From: Faecalibacterium sp. UBA7177
GTDB taxonomy: Bacteria > Bacillota > Clostridia > Oscillospirales > Ruminococcaceae
DNA: 51,511 nucleotides
Assembly (NCBI GenBank): GCA_002491225.1
Contig: DKVN01000108.1
Coordinates: 5,249-56,759, forward strand
Direction: 5' to 3'
The notes under the pieces are model-generated. The model had not been told where the DNA came from, did no database searches, and worked only from the letters and a program-made list of their open reading frames with translations. Every line of letters starts with the position of its first letter. Position 1 is the stretch's first letter. This document shows positions 17,287 to 26,105 of the stretch, piece by piece. Both the position numbers and the translations under genes were made by a program.

Positions 17287-18573
17287 TCACATGATCTGCG
17301 CCCCGGAGAGATAGCCGAAGAGAAAAACTCCCAAAAAGACCGCCTCGCCCGCGGCGACATAGGCCCGGCCCAGCGGGCGGTTTTTCAAAAGCGCGGCCAG
17401 CAAAATAAAGAATACGAACCCGCAGGAGAGATAGCGCCCGCCGCTCAGCAGCCAGGCGAGGGAGTAGTTGGCGATCAGATAGCAAAAGGCATACACCAAC
17501 AGGCTGACAGGGTGTTTGCGGAAGCGCAGCGAAACCGCGAGGATGCCGAAAAAGGCAGCAAACAGCAGCAGCTCCGGCAGAAAAACCGCCCAGCCGAGCG
17601 AGGTGGCGCGATTTGCGTGAAAGTAAGCAAGCAGGTACCGCAGCACCTCCGAGACCCACATCCCGCCCTGGCTCCAATGCTGGTGATGGGTCAGGTAGGC
17701 AAAGGGGTCGCCGTCGATGCAGGCGTTCAGCAGCCAGTACCCCAGCGTCCCCAGACAGGGGGCGGCGAGCAGCGGCAGCGCGGCGGCAAACTTTTTGACG
17801 GCGTTGAGCAAAGAGGTTTTGACCGGCGGCGCAAAGGGTTTGGCCTCCTCCAAAAACTCGATCACCGCCACAAGGATCACCAAAACCCCGGTCATCCGGG
17901 TGAGGGCGGCCAGCACCCCCCAAATGGCAAACGGCAGCCACCGGCGGTTGAGCGCGTAATAGCAGGCGGCAGAGGTGGTCAGCAGAAAGAGCCCCTCGGT
18001 CATCACCGCGCCGAAGAAGAAGGAAAAGGGAAACACCGACAAAAACAGCACCGCGTCGTCAGCCACCTGAGGGTCATAGCGCTCGCAGGCGATCCGGTGG
18101 ACCCAGCAGCACCCCCACGAGAAGCAGACGGCCGAGAGCAGCATCCCCGCCAGCGCAGTGTGCGGGATCAGCAGCGCTACGGCCCGGACAAGCCAGACAT
18201 AGCCGGGGAAAAAGACCAGAAAGAGGTGCGCGCCGTCCTCCTGATAGGCGGCGTACCCCTGCTCGATCAGGTTGATGTAATGCCTCGCGTCCCAGAGGGT
18301 GAGCTTGTCCAGACAGTCCGCGAGCGAGACCGTGCCCTGGGCCCGCAGCATGATGCAGAAAACGGCGGCGAGGAGCACGAGGGCCCGGATGCCGAGCGCG
18401 AACCGGAAGGTTCTCCACTCGCGCGGGGCGGGCGCTTTGGAGGCGGGCGGCGCTTCCGGCAGGAGCCATCGCCCCGCGGCGTTGGGCTGCAGGCCAAACG
18501 CGAGCAGGCATTTGTACAGCAGCAGGCAAAACATCAGGATGACCGGGAGGGACAAAACCACGGATAAAGCCAA
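17287..18573 (-). CDS. Polytopic membrane glycosyltransferase-like protein (PIG-V / Mannosyl_trans2-like, GT-C fold)
   Basis: At least 9 predicted TM segments. WDARHYINLIEQGY motif is typical of PIG-V-like mannosyltransferases. TTG start is uncertain. Confidence 0.55.
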   Translation of the reverse strand: MALSVVLSLPVILMFCLLLYKCLLAFGLQPNAAGRWLLPEAPPASKAPAPREWRTFRFALGIRALVLLAAVFCIMLRAQGTVSLADCLDKLTLWDARHYINLIEQGYAAYQEDGAHLFLVFFPGYVWLVRAVALLIPHTALAGMLLSAVCFSWGCCWVHRIACERYDPQVADDAVLFLSVFPFSFFFGAVMTEGLFLLTTSAACYYALNRRWLPFAIWGVLAALTRMTGVLVILVAVIEFLEEAKPFAPPVKTSLLNAVKKFAAALPLLAAPCLGTLGYWLLNACIDGDPFAYLTHHQHWSQGGMWVSEVLRYLLAYFHANRATSLGWAVFLPELLLFAAFFGILAVSLRFRKHPVSLLVYAFCYLIANYSLAWLLSGGRYLSCGFVFFILLAALLKNRPLGRAYVAAGEAVFLGVFLFGYLSGAQIM

Positions 18574-18723
18574 TTTCTCCCCATCCCCTTTCTACGGCGC
18601 GGCCGGTTTGCGCTTTGCGGCGGCGCGCCCTGCGCGCGCAGGGGGCCGCCCGCGCGCGGCATCCCCGCGCAAAGCGGCGACGGGCGGCCTTCCGGGCGGC
18701 GCGGCCTTCCGGGCGGCGGCGCC

Positions 18724-19929
18724 TTACCCCTCGAACTGGTCGGCCAGGCGCATCGCCTTGTCGAGGATGCGCATCGCCGTCTCCTCCTTGCTCAGCAGGG
18801 GCAGCGGCTCGGTGTCTTTGGCGGTGATGAGGGTGACGACGTTGGTGTCTCCGCCAAAGCCGGCCCCCTCTACCCGGAGGCTGTTGGCGCAGACGAGGTC
18901 GAGATGCTTTTTCTCCAGCTTGGCCCGGCTGTTCTCCACAAGGTCCCGGGTCTCCATCGAAAAGCCGCAGAGCAGCTGCCCCGGCCGCCGGTGCTCGCCC
19001 AGCCAGCCTAAGATGTCGGTGGTGCGGCGCAAGGAGAGGCTTAGTTCGCCGTCCTGCTTTTTGATCTTGTCGCCGCTCACCTCGGCGGGGGTGTAGTCGG
19101 CCACCGCGGCCGCCTTGAAGATCAAATCGGCCTGCTCGGCCCCGGCGCGCACCGCCCGGAACATCTCCTCGGCGCTGGTTACCTGTACCGTGCGCACAAA
19201 GTCCGGCGGGGTCAGGGCGGTGGGGCCGGAGATGAGGGTCACCTCGGCCCCGCGCAGCATCGCCATCCTGGCCAGCGCGTAGCCCATCTTGCCGGTCGAG
19301 TGGTTGGTCAGATAGCGCACCGGGTCCAGCGCCTCCCGGGTGGGCCCGGCGGTCACCAGCACCCGCTTGCCGGCCATATCGTGGGGCAGGGCGATCTCGC
19401 GCAGGATGTATTGCACCAGCGTCTCGGGCTCGGGCATCTTGCCCTTGCCCACCGCGCCGCAGGCCAGCCGCCCGCTGGCCGGTTCGATCACCCGCCAGCC
19501 GTACCCCCGCAGGATGCCGAGGTTGTTCTGGGTGACCGGGTTTTCGTACATCTTGGTGTTCATGGCCGGGGCCACCAGCTTGGGGCAGCGGCAGGCCAGC
19601 ACGGTGGTGGTGAGCATATCGTCGGCCAGCCCGTGGGCCAGCTTGGCGCAGACGTTGGCGGTGGCCGGGGCGATCAGCACGAGATCGGTGCGGTCAGCCA
19701 GGGCGATATGCTCGACCTGATGGGCGAAGTTGCGGTCGAAGGTGTCGACCATCGTGCGGTTGCCGGTCAGCTCTTCAAAGGTCAGCGGGGTGATGAACTG
19801 GGTGGCGTTGGCGGTCATCACCACCTCGACCGAGGCGTGCAGCTTGACCAGCGCCGAGGCCAGCGCCGCCGCCTTGTAGGCGGCAATGCCGCCGGTGACG
19901 CCGAGCAGAATGGTTTTTCCTTTCAGCAT
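18724..19929 (-). CDS. coaBC: Bifunctional phosphopantothenoylcysteine decarboxylase / phosphopantothenate-cysteine ligase
   Basis: KTILLGVTGGIAAYKA, PATANVCAKLAHGLADDMLTT and VTAGPTREALDPVRYLTNHSTGKMGYALA motifs. ATG at 19929 after GGGAGGAAG. The ORF-track N-terminal extension was rejected. Confidence 0.93.
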   Translation of the reverse strand: MLKGKTILLGVTGGIAAYKAAALASALVKLHASVEVVMTANATQFITPLTFEELTGNRTMVDTFDRNFAHQVEHIALADRTDLVLIAPATANVCAKLAHGLADDMLTTTVLACRCPKLVAPAMNTKMYENPVTQNNLGILRGYGWRVIEPASGRLACGAVGKGKMPEPETLVQYILREIALPHDMAGKRVLVTAGPTREALDPVRYLTNHSTGKMGYALARMAMLRGAEVTLISGPTALTPPDFVRTVQVTSAEEMFRAVRAGAEQADLIFKAAAVADYTPAEVSGDKIKKQDGELSLSLRRTTDILGWLGEHRRPGQLLCGFSMETRDLVENSRAKLEKKHLDLVCANSLRVEGAGFGGDTNVVTLITAKDTEPLPLLSKEETAMRILDKAMRLADQFEG

Positions 19930-20064
19930 AATGTGCTTCCTCCCTCGCCGGGCCGCCCGCGGCCCGATTGTCCCCCTCATTATAGCCAATTTGCGGCGGG
20001 GTGTAAAGCGGCAGCCCGCGCGGACGGATGGGATTTGCGCTCTGGGAACTTCCGAACAAATATC

Positions 20065-20093
20065 TTGCAATCCAGCGCATGATACACTATAAT
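20065..20093 (+). promoter_or_regulatory. Near-consensus sigma-70 promoter upstream of the panT-like gene
   Basis: TTGCAA (20065..20070), 17-nt spacer, TATAAT (20088..20093). It is followed by a ~120-nt GC-rich leader. Confidence 0.6.
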
Positions 20094-20213
20094 GAAGCGC
20101 GGAGGGCGGGCGCGGCGGATCCCTGCGCGCAAAAACCCCGCCCCGTCCTCACTTTATTGCGCTGCATCCCCATGAGAGGGAGCGGCAGCAGGAGGGAATT
20201 GCATATGAAAACC

Positions 20214-20843
20214 CGCAAACACGACACCCACTGGATGGTGGGGGTGGCGCTGATGGCCGCCATCGTGGTGGTCCTGGCCAACACCCCGCTGGGGCTGATC
20301 CCGTTGCCGATGATCAAGGCGACCACCACCCACATCCCGGTGATTCTGGGCGCTGTCCTCTTTGGGCCGCTGGCCGGGGGCATTCTGGGGGCGGTGTTCG
20401 GCATCTGTTCGATGATCAGCAACACGGTCACCCCGGCGCTGCTCTCGTTCGCCTTTTCGCCCTTTTTGGCCGCCAGCGCCGCGGGGGCGGTCAAGGCGGT
20501 CTGGGTCTCGGTGGGCTGCCGGGCCATGATCGGCATCGTGGCCGGCTGGCTCTGGCTCGGGCTCAAAAAGCTGGGCACCAAAGACCTCATCGCCCTGCCC
20601 ATCGTCGGCTTTGTCGGCTCGATGACCAACACGGTGTTTGTGATGGGCAGCATCTACTTTTTGCTGCGGCCCGAGTACGCCGAGGCCATGGGGGTGGCGG
20701 TGGACGCGGTGTTCGGGCTGGTGATGGGGGTCATCACCGGCTCGAGCGTGCTGGAGGCGCTGGTAGCGCTGGTGCTGGTCACCGCCATCGGCAAGGCGCT
20801 TTTGCAGCTGCACTTCGCCGCGGCCCGCCCGCGCCGGGCCTGA
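20214..20843 (+). CDS. ECF transporter S component, pantothenate-type suspected from context
   Basis: 209-aa multi-TM protein (THIPVILGAVLFGPLAGGILGAVFG). Located between coaBC and coaX. ATG at 20214 after AGGAGGGA. Confidence 0.65.
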   Translation, partial: RKHDTHWMVGVALMAAIVVVLANTPLGLIPLPMIKATTTHIPVILGAVLFGPLAGGILGAVFGICSMISNTVTPALLSFAFSPFLAASAAGAVKAVWVSVGCRAMIGIVAGWLWLGLKKLGTKDLIALPIVGFVGSMTNTVFVMGSIYFLLRPEYAEAMGVAVDAVFGLVMGVITGSSVLEALVALVLVTAIGKALLQLHFAAARPRRA

Positions 20844-20925
20844 AAACCTAAACATCCGGGGCCGTCTCCGCATCCAAAGCCGGGGGCGGCCCTGCCTGCT
20901 TTTGAAAAAAGAGGGGGAACACACC

Positions 20926-21693
20926 ATGCTTTTGGCCATTGACATCGGCAATACCAACATCGTGATGGGCGGCATCGAACAGGATAAAATCGTCTTTCAG
21001 GTGCGGCTGGCCACCGACGCGATCAAGACCTCGGACCAGTACGCCGTGGACATCAAAAACCTGCTCTGGCTCTCGGACATCCCGACCAGCGCCATCGACG
21101 GCTGCATCATCTCGTCGGTGGTGCCGCCGGTCTTCAACTCGATCCACACCGGGGTGCGCAAGGTGATCGGGCAGGAGCCGCTGGTGGTGGGCCCCGGCAT
21201 CAAAACCGGCCTCAACATCCGCATGGACAACCCCGCCGCGGTGGGCAGCGACCTCATCGTGGCGGCGGTGGGCGCGCTGCAGAGCTACACCCCGCCGCTG
21301 ATCCTCATCGACATGGGCACCGCCACCACCATGACCGTGGTACTCGAAAACAACACCTATGTGGGCGGGGTCATCATCCCGGGAATCCGCATCTCGGCCG
21401 AGGCCCTCTCCACACGGGCGGCTCAGCTGCCCGGCATCCAGCTGGACACCCCCCGCCGGGTGATCGGCAAGAACACGGTCGAGTCGATGCGCAGCGGCAT
21501 CATGTACGGCGCGGCCTGCATGCTGGACGGCATGATCGAGCGGATCGAGGCCGAGCTGGGCCGCCCCGCCACCGTGGTGGCCACCGGCGGCATGGCGCAG
21601 TTCATCATCCCGCTCTGCCGCCGCCCGATGAATCTCGAGCACGACCTGCTGCTCGAGGGGCTCAACGCCATTTACAAGAAGAACCAGCGGTAA
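20926..21693 (+). CDS. coaX: Type III pantothenate kinase
   Basis: MLLAIDIGNTNIVMG, LILIDMGTATT and GKNTVESMRSGIMYG motifs. ATG at 20926 after GAGGGGGAA. Confidence 0.92.
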   Translation: MLLAIDIGNTNIVMGGIEQDKIVFQVRLATDAIKTSDQYAVDIKNLLWLSDIPTSAIDGCIISSVVPPVFNSIHTGVRKVIGQEPLVVGPGIKTGLNIRMDNPAAVGSDLIVAAVGALQSYTPPLILIDMGTATTMTVVLENNTYVGGVIIPGIRISAEALSTRAAQLPGIQLDTPRRVIGKNTVESMRSGIMYGAACMLDGMIERIEAELGRPATVVATGGMAQFIIPLCRRPMNLEHDLLLEGLNAIYKKNQR

Positions 21694-21759
21694 AACGCGG
21701 CGGACGGGGCCGCACCGAAAAGCCCGCCCCGCCGCAGCGCAGCGCAAAATAACAGAAGC

Positions 21760-21809
21760 CACCGCCCCCGCGGGATGCCGGAACAGCCGGACAGCCCGCG
21801 GGGGCGGTG
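21760..21809 (+). terminator. Long perfect hairpin after coaX
   Basis: caccgcccccgcggg (21760..21774) pairs with cccgcgggggcggtg (21795..21809), followed by tgcttatttg. Confidence 0.6.
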
Positions 21810-21897
21810 TGCTTATTTGATGCCTGCTTTGCTTTGAGGCAAGCGCGGGAAGACGCGCCAAAACAACGGCCTGCCGCGCCCTGATCGAACCGCCGCG

Positions 21898-23691
21898 TTA
21901 CTCCTTATACCCGAAATCCGGGATGCAGTGCCAGCGGCGGCGGAAGTAGTGGGCGGCCAGCTTGGGGCGGCGGTCGCGGGTCAACAGGCCCTTCTTGTTG
22001 CCGTCCACCCGCATGGGGCCCTGGATGGTGGCGAAATCGGCAAAGTTCCACACCTGCTCCCCGATGAAGAAGGGGCGCTTGTCCAGCTCGGCGTTCAGCC
22101 GGGCGTAGTAGTCCATCTGGTACTCCTCGCTGAACATCTCGCCGTTCGTGTTGTGGATGCCGGGGTAGGTGTCGGCCCCGTACTCGGTCAGCATCAGGGG
22201 CTTGCCGAGCGCGGCCCAGAAATCCAGCTCGGTGTTGAGCGCGTCGCAGGCGGCGTCGAGGTCGCCGCTCAGGTTGTACCAGCCGTAGTAGCGGTTGACA
22301 CAGCAGACATCCATCGTGCGGGTGATGAGGTCGCGGGTGTAGTCGTTCTGGCAGGCCACCAGGGTCACCGGGCGGCTTTGCGGGTCGCAGGCGTGGGCCA
22401 GCTCGTACAGCGGGCGGAAATAGTCGTAGGCGGACTGCGGAAAATGCTCGGTGTCCGGCTCGTTGGCGATCGACCACATGACGACGCTGGGGTGGTTTTT
22501 GTCCCGCGCGATCATCTCCCGGAGTACCTGCTCGTGGTGCTCCCTGATCCGCATGGTCTTGTAGGGGTCGGTGTCCGGCCCCGCGCCGATGCCCACCGCC
22601 GGGACCTCGTCGATGATCACGATGCCCTCGCGGTCGCACAGATCGTACATCTCCTCGGCGTAGGGGTAGTGGCTGGTGCGGAAGGAGTTGGCCCCGAGCC
22701 ACCGGATCATCGAGAGATCCTTGACATTGAGGCACTCGTCCATGCCGCGGCCGCGGAAAAAGCTGTCCTCATGCTTGCCAAAGCCCTTGAAGTAGAAGGG
22801 CCGCCCGTTGATGAGAAAGCGGGTGCCCTCCACCTGCACCGTGCGCACCCCGAACGGCTGCTCGTAAACATCCTCGCCCATCGTCACCCGCAGCCGGTAG
22901 AGGTAGGCGCTGCCGGGCTGCCAGAGGGTCACGTCCGGGATGGCGATCCGCCCGCTGGCCCCCTCGGCCTCGGTCACCGTCTTGCCCGCGGCGTCCAGCA
23001 CCGCCGTATGGACGGGCGCGCTGCCCACCGCGGTCACCGTGTAATCGGCGTAGCCGGTACTGCCCTCATAGGAGGGGACGATCGCGATGTCCTCGATGTA
23101 CGCGGCGGGGGTGGTGTAGATGCGCACCGGGCGGATGATGCCGGCGTAGTTGAAAAAGTCAAAGTTGGGGCGGTTTTGGGGCTTGGCCCGGCTCTTGGCC
23201 AGCTCGATCGAGGGGATGCCGGGGTTGTCCGAGCCGAAAAAGGCGATGCTGTTCTCATTGCCCACCGGCAGGGTGGAATAGTTGACCCGGTTGTCTACCG
23301 CCACGGTCAGCCGGTTTTCGCCGGGCTGCACAGCCTCGGAAATCTCAAACTCAAAGGGCAGAAAGCCGCCCTTGTGCTGGCCCAGGCGCTGGCCGTTCAA
23401 AAACACCTCGGCCGCGTGGGTCACCGCCGCAAACCGCAGCACCATCCGCTGCCCGGCCATCGCGCGGGGCAGGGTGAACACCCGCTGGTAGACCGCCCAG
23501 CCGTAGTGGCTGCGCAGGTCGATGTCGTCCTTCTGGTCGTTGTAGGCGGCGGGCACCGCCATCGAGAGGGGCGCGGGCAGCGGCGCGCTGGCCCAGCCCT
23601 CGGGCCAGCTGTCCGGCCCGGCGGGCTGAAAATCCCACACCCCGCCAAGCTCCAGCAGCATGCGGGCCTCGTTCATCTTAGGGTACAGCAT
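21898..23691 (-). CDS. uidA: Beta-glucuronidase (GH2)
   Basis: Colinear with E. coli GusA as I remember it: LRFAAVTHAAEVFLNG, FFNYAGIIRPV, RTSHYPYAEEMYDLCDREGIVIIDE, KNHPSVVMWSIANEP, NRYYGWY, TEYGADT, WNFADFAT, GNKKGLLTRDRRPK. Confidence 0.93.
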   Translation of the reverse strand: MLYPKMNEARMLLELGGVWDFQPAGPDSWPEGWASAPLPAPLSMAVPAAYNDQKDDIDLRSHYGWAVYQRVFTLPRAMAGQRMVLRFAAVTHAAEVFLNGQRLGQHKGGFLPFEFEISEAVQPGENRLTVAVDNRVNYSTLPVGNENSIAFFGSDNPGIPSIELAKSRAKPQNRPNFDFFNYAGIIRPVRIYTTPAAYIEDIAIVPSYEGSTGYADYTVTAVGSAPVHTAVLDAAGKTVTEAEGASGRIAIPDVTLWQPGSAYLYRLRVTMGEDVYEQPFGVRTVQVEGTRFLINGRPFYFKGFGKHEDSFFRGRGMDECLNVKDLSMIRWLGANSFRTSHYPYAEEMYDLCDREGIVIIDEVPAVGIGAGPDTDPYKTMRIREHHEQVLREMIARDKNHPSVVMWSIANEPDTEHFPQSAYDYFRPLYELAHACDPQSRPVTLVACQNDYTRDLITRTMDVCCVNRYYGWYNLSGDLDAACDALNTELDFWAALGKPLMLTEYGADTYPGIHNTNGEMFSEEYQMDYYARLNAELDKRPFFIGEQVWNFADFATIQGPMRVDGNKKGLLTRDRRPKLAAHYFRRRWHCIPDFGYKE

Positions 23692-23738
23692 AGTGTCTTC
23701 CTCACTTTCTGTTCCCGGTTCGGGAGCGGGTCATATCG

Positions 23739-26105
23739 TCAGGGGGCGGGCTCGATCGTCAGGGCCGCGGGCTGGCCGGGCACGGGCTTTTCCACCCGCA
23801 GCCGCCGGCCGCGGAAGGGCACGGTCAGGGCAAAGCCGCCCAAGGCGTCGGGCAGGCGGGGGGCAAAGACGAAGCCCTCCGGGGCGGCGGGGTCGGGCCG
23901 CAGCCCGGCCAGCGCCTCGACCAGCACCGGCAGCGCCCCGGCCGCCCAGGGGTGGCAGAGGCTGGTGTTCCATTTCTGCTCCTTGCCAAAGGCCTCAAAG
24001 CAGCTGGTTGCCCCCTCGCGCAGCATGTTGCGCCAGCCGTGGGGGTCGGTGCGGGTCAGGTAGCGGTAGACGGCGTCGAACCGGCCCAGCCGGGCCAGCC
24101 CCCACAGGGCAAAGGTTGCGGCGTAGGGCCCGCAGTACCGGCCCGGCGCAAAGAGCAGCGCCTCGTAGGCGTCGGCCATCCCGGCATCCTCCGGGCGCAT
24201 CAGCCCAAAGCAGGCCGCAAAGGCGTTGGCGTGGATCGAGCAGTGGCGGCTCGTTTCACTGTCCGCAAACAGCCGCTGCTCCGGCCGGTAAAAGGCCCGG
24301 CGGAAGGCCGCGGCGGCCGCCTCGCTGCGGGGCAGGGGGGCTGCGGGGGTTCCGGTTCCGGCTCCATCGGCCGTTTCTGCCGCCCCCGCGCCCGCCGGGT
24401 CAAGGCCGAGCAGCCGGGCCATCTGCTCCCGCATGGCGAGCATGCCCACCCAGAGGGCGTTGATGACATTGTGGCAGCCGGGGGCCACCGCCGGGCGGGT
24501 GAGGGCAAAGTCGTAGCCGTCCCGCGAAGGTTCGGGCCAGTCGACCATGTTCCAGGCGTGGGTCACCGTTTCGAGCAGGCCGTCCGGCCGCTGGTAGGCG
24601 GCAAACCGCTCAGCCACCCCGCAGACCACCGGCCAGCAGCTTCGCAAAAAGGCGAGGTCGCCGGTAAAGGCGTAATCGGTCAGGGGCAGGGCGGCAAAGA
24701 GCAGCGAATAATCCGCCACCTCCTGCCGCAGCGCGCCCGGCGCCACCGCCAGCAGGCCGGGGGCGAGCTCTGCCGTGGCGGCAAAGTCCCCGATGCACTT
24801 GCGTAAGAGGTCGGTCTTGCCGGTCAGCCAGACCTGCGCGCGGGCGGTGATCACCGCGTCCCCGAGGTACTGGCTCTTTTCGCGGGTGGGGCAGTCGAGA
24901 TAGCCCTCCTGGCTGCCGCAGCGCACCGCGTTTTTGCAGAGGGTGAAGATCTGTTCCAGCTCGTCCGTCTCGCAGCGCAGGGTGCAGGCGTCCTCGGGCA
25001 GGGGGTAGTGCCGCTCCCACACCCAGCACTCGGTGAGTGTTGGGGCGGCTTCTTCGGCCAGTGTCGGGGCGGCCGCTTCGGCCAGGGGCAGGGCCGCCGT
25101 TTCGGTCGGCGTGAGAGCGGGCTCGGCCAGCAGCTCGACATACCGGAAGCCCTTGTAGTCAAAGGCGTGCAGCCGGTTTTTCCCCTCGGCAAGGGTCCAG
25201 CCGTCCTCATAATCGCAGCCGCAGCGCAGCGGGCAGAGCACCCGGCCCGCCTCGTCCAGCTCCTCGCCGTAGCGCAGGGTCAGCCGCTGGCCCGCATGGC
25301 CGCGCACCACCGCGTGCAGGGTGCCGGTGCGTTCGCGGCCAAGGTCCAGCTGCACCCCGCCCGGCACGGCGCGGCGGGACACCGGGTCGGCCCGGCCCCG
25401 CCAGAGCGGCGCGGTGGGCTGGCGGCGCATCGCCCGGCCCCAGCCCGCCGGGCAGAGGGTGGGCCAACCGGCATCGTCATACCCCGGCTGCTCCCAGCCC
25501 TCGGGCCAGAGGCGGCTGTCGAACTGCTCGGTAAACTGGGTGTCGTAGCCGGTGGGCTGGCCGGTGTAGGCGCGGCAGCGCTGATACCGCCAGCCCTCGG
25601 TCAGATCGCGGGCCTCCCCGCCCGATGGGCCCGGCGCGTCGGGGCTGTCCGGCGTAGCTGCCCCAGCCGCCCCAGCCGTCCGGCTCGGGCAGAGCTGCGC
25701 CCAGACCCCGCAGCGGCCGTCCCCGCTCTGCCACACCCGGTTGAGCAGCCCCTGATAGTAGAGGTGCACCGCCAGCAGCCGCCGCCCGGCGGGCAGCGGG
25801 TATTCCTGATACCAGGCCATCCCCGGCCGCCCCGGGGCCGGGCCCTGGCCCAGCCACCGGCCGTCGAGCCAGGCGTGGGCGTAGTCGTCAGCGCTGAGCC
25901 GCAGTACCCCGCCGCCCTCGGGAACCTCGATCCAGAGCCGGGCCAGCAGATGCAGGTTCTGTGGGATCCCGTCAAGCGGCGCGGGGCAGGGCTCTCCCTC
26001 GGTGCGGAAGAGAGTAACGGGCGTCCGCCCCGCCAGCGCGGGCAGGGTCATCCAGACCCCGTCATCCGCCTTGGGCGCGGCGGGGCCGCCGCAAACGGCC
26101 CTCAT
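23739..26105 (-). CDS. Alpha-L-rhamnosidase-like (GH78-type six-hairpin) glycoside hydrolase
   Basis: GYLDCPTREKSQYLGDA and SLCHPWAAG blocks resemble the Bac_rhamnosid6H domain. The start is uncertain: ATG at 26105 overlaps the upstream stop as ATGA; alternatives are GTG 26114 or ATG 26051. Confidence 0.55.
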   Translation of the reverse strand: MRAVCGGPAAPKADDGVWMTLPALAGRTPVTLFRTEGEPCPAPLDGIPQNLHLLARLWIEVPEGGGVLRLSADDYAHAWLDGRWLGQGPAPGRPGMAWYQEYPLPAGRRLLAVHLYYQGLLNRVWQSGDGRCGVWAQLCPSRTAGAAGAATPDSPDAPGPSGGEARDLTEGWRYQRCRAYTGQPTGYDTQFTEQFDSRLWPEGWEQPGYDDAGWPTLCPAGWGRAMRRQPTAPLWRGRADPVSRRAVPGGVQLDLGRERTGTLHAVVRGHAGQRLTLRYGEELDEAGRVLCPLRCGCDYEDGWTLAEGKNRLHAFDYKGFRYVELLAEPALTPTETAALPLAEAAAPTLAEEAAPTLTECWVWERHYPLPEDACTLRCETDELEQIFTLCKNAVRCGSQEGYLDCPTREKSQYLGDAVITARAQVWLTGKTDLLRKCIGDFAATAELAPGLLAVAPGALRQEVADYSLLFAALPLTDYAFTGDLAFLRSCWPVVCGVAERFAAYQRPDGLLETVTHAWNMVDWPEPSRDGYDFALTRPAVAPGCHNVINALWVGMLAMREQMARLLGLDPAGAGAAETADGAGTGTPAAPLPRSEAAAAAFRRAFYRPEQRLFADSETSRHCSIHANAFAACFGLMRPEDAGMADAYEALLFAPGRYCGPYAATFALWGLARLGRFDAVYRYLTRTDPHGWRNMLREGATSCFEAFGKEQKWNTSLCHPWAAGALPVLVEALAGLRPDPAAPEGFVFAPRLPDALGGFALTVPFRGRRLRVEKPVPGQPAALTIEPAP

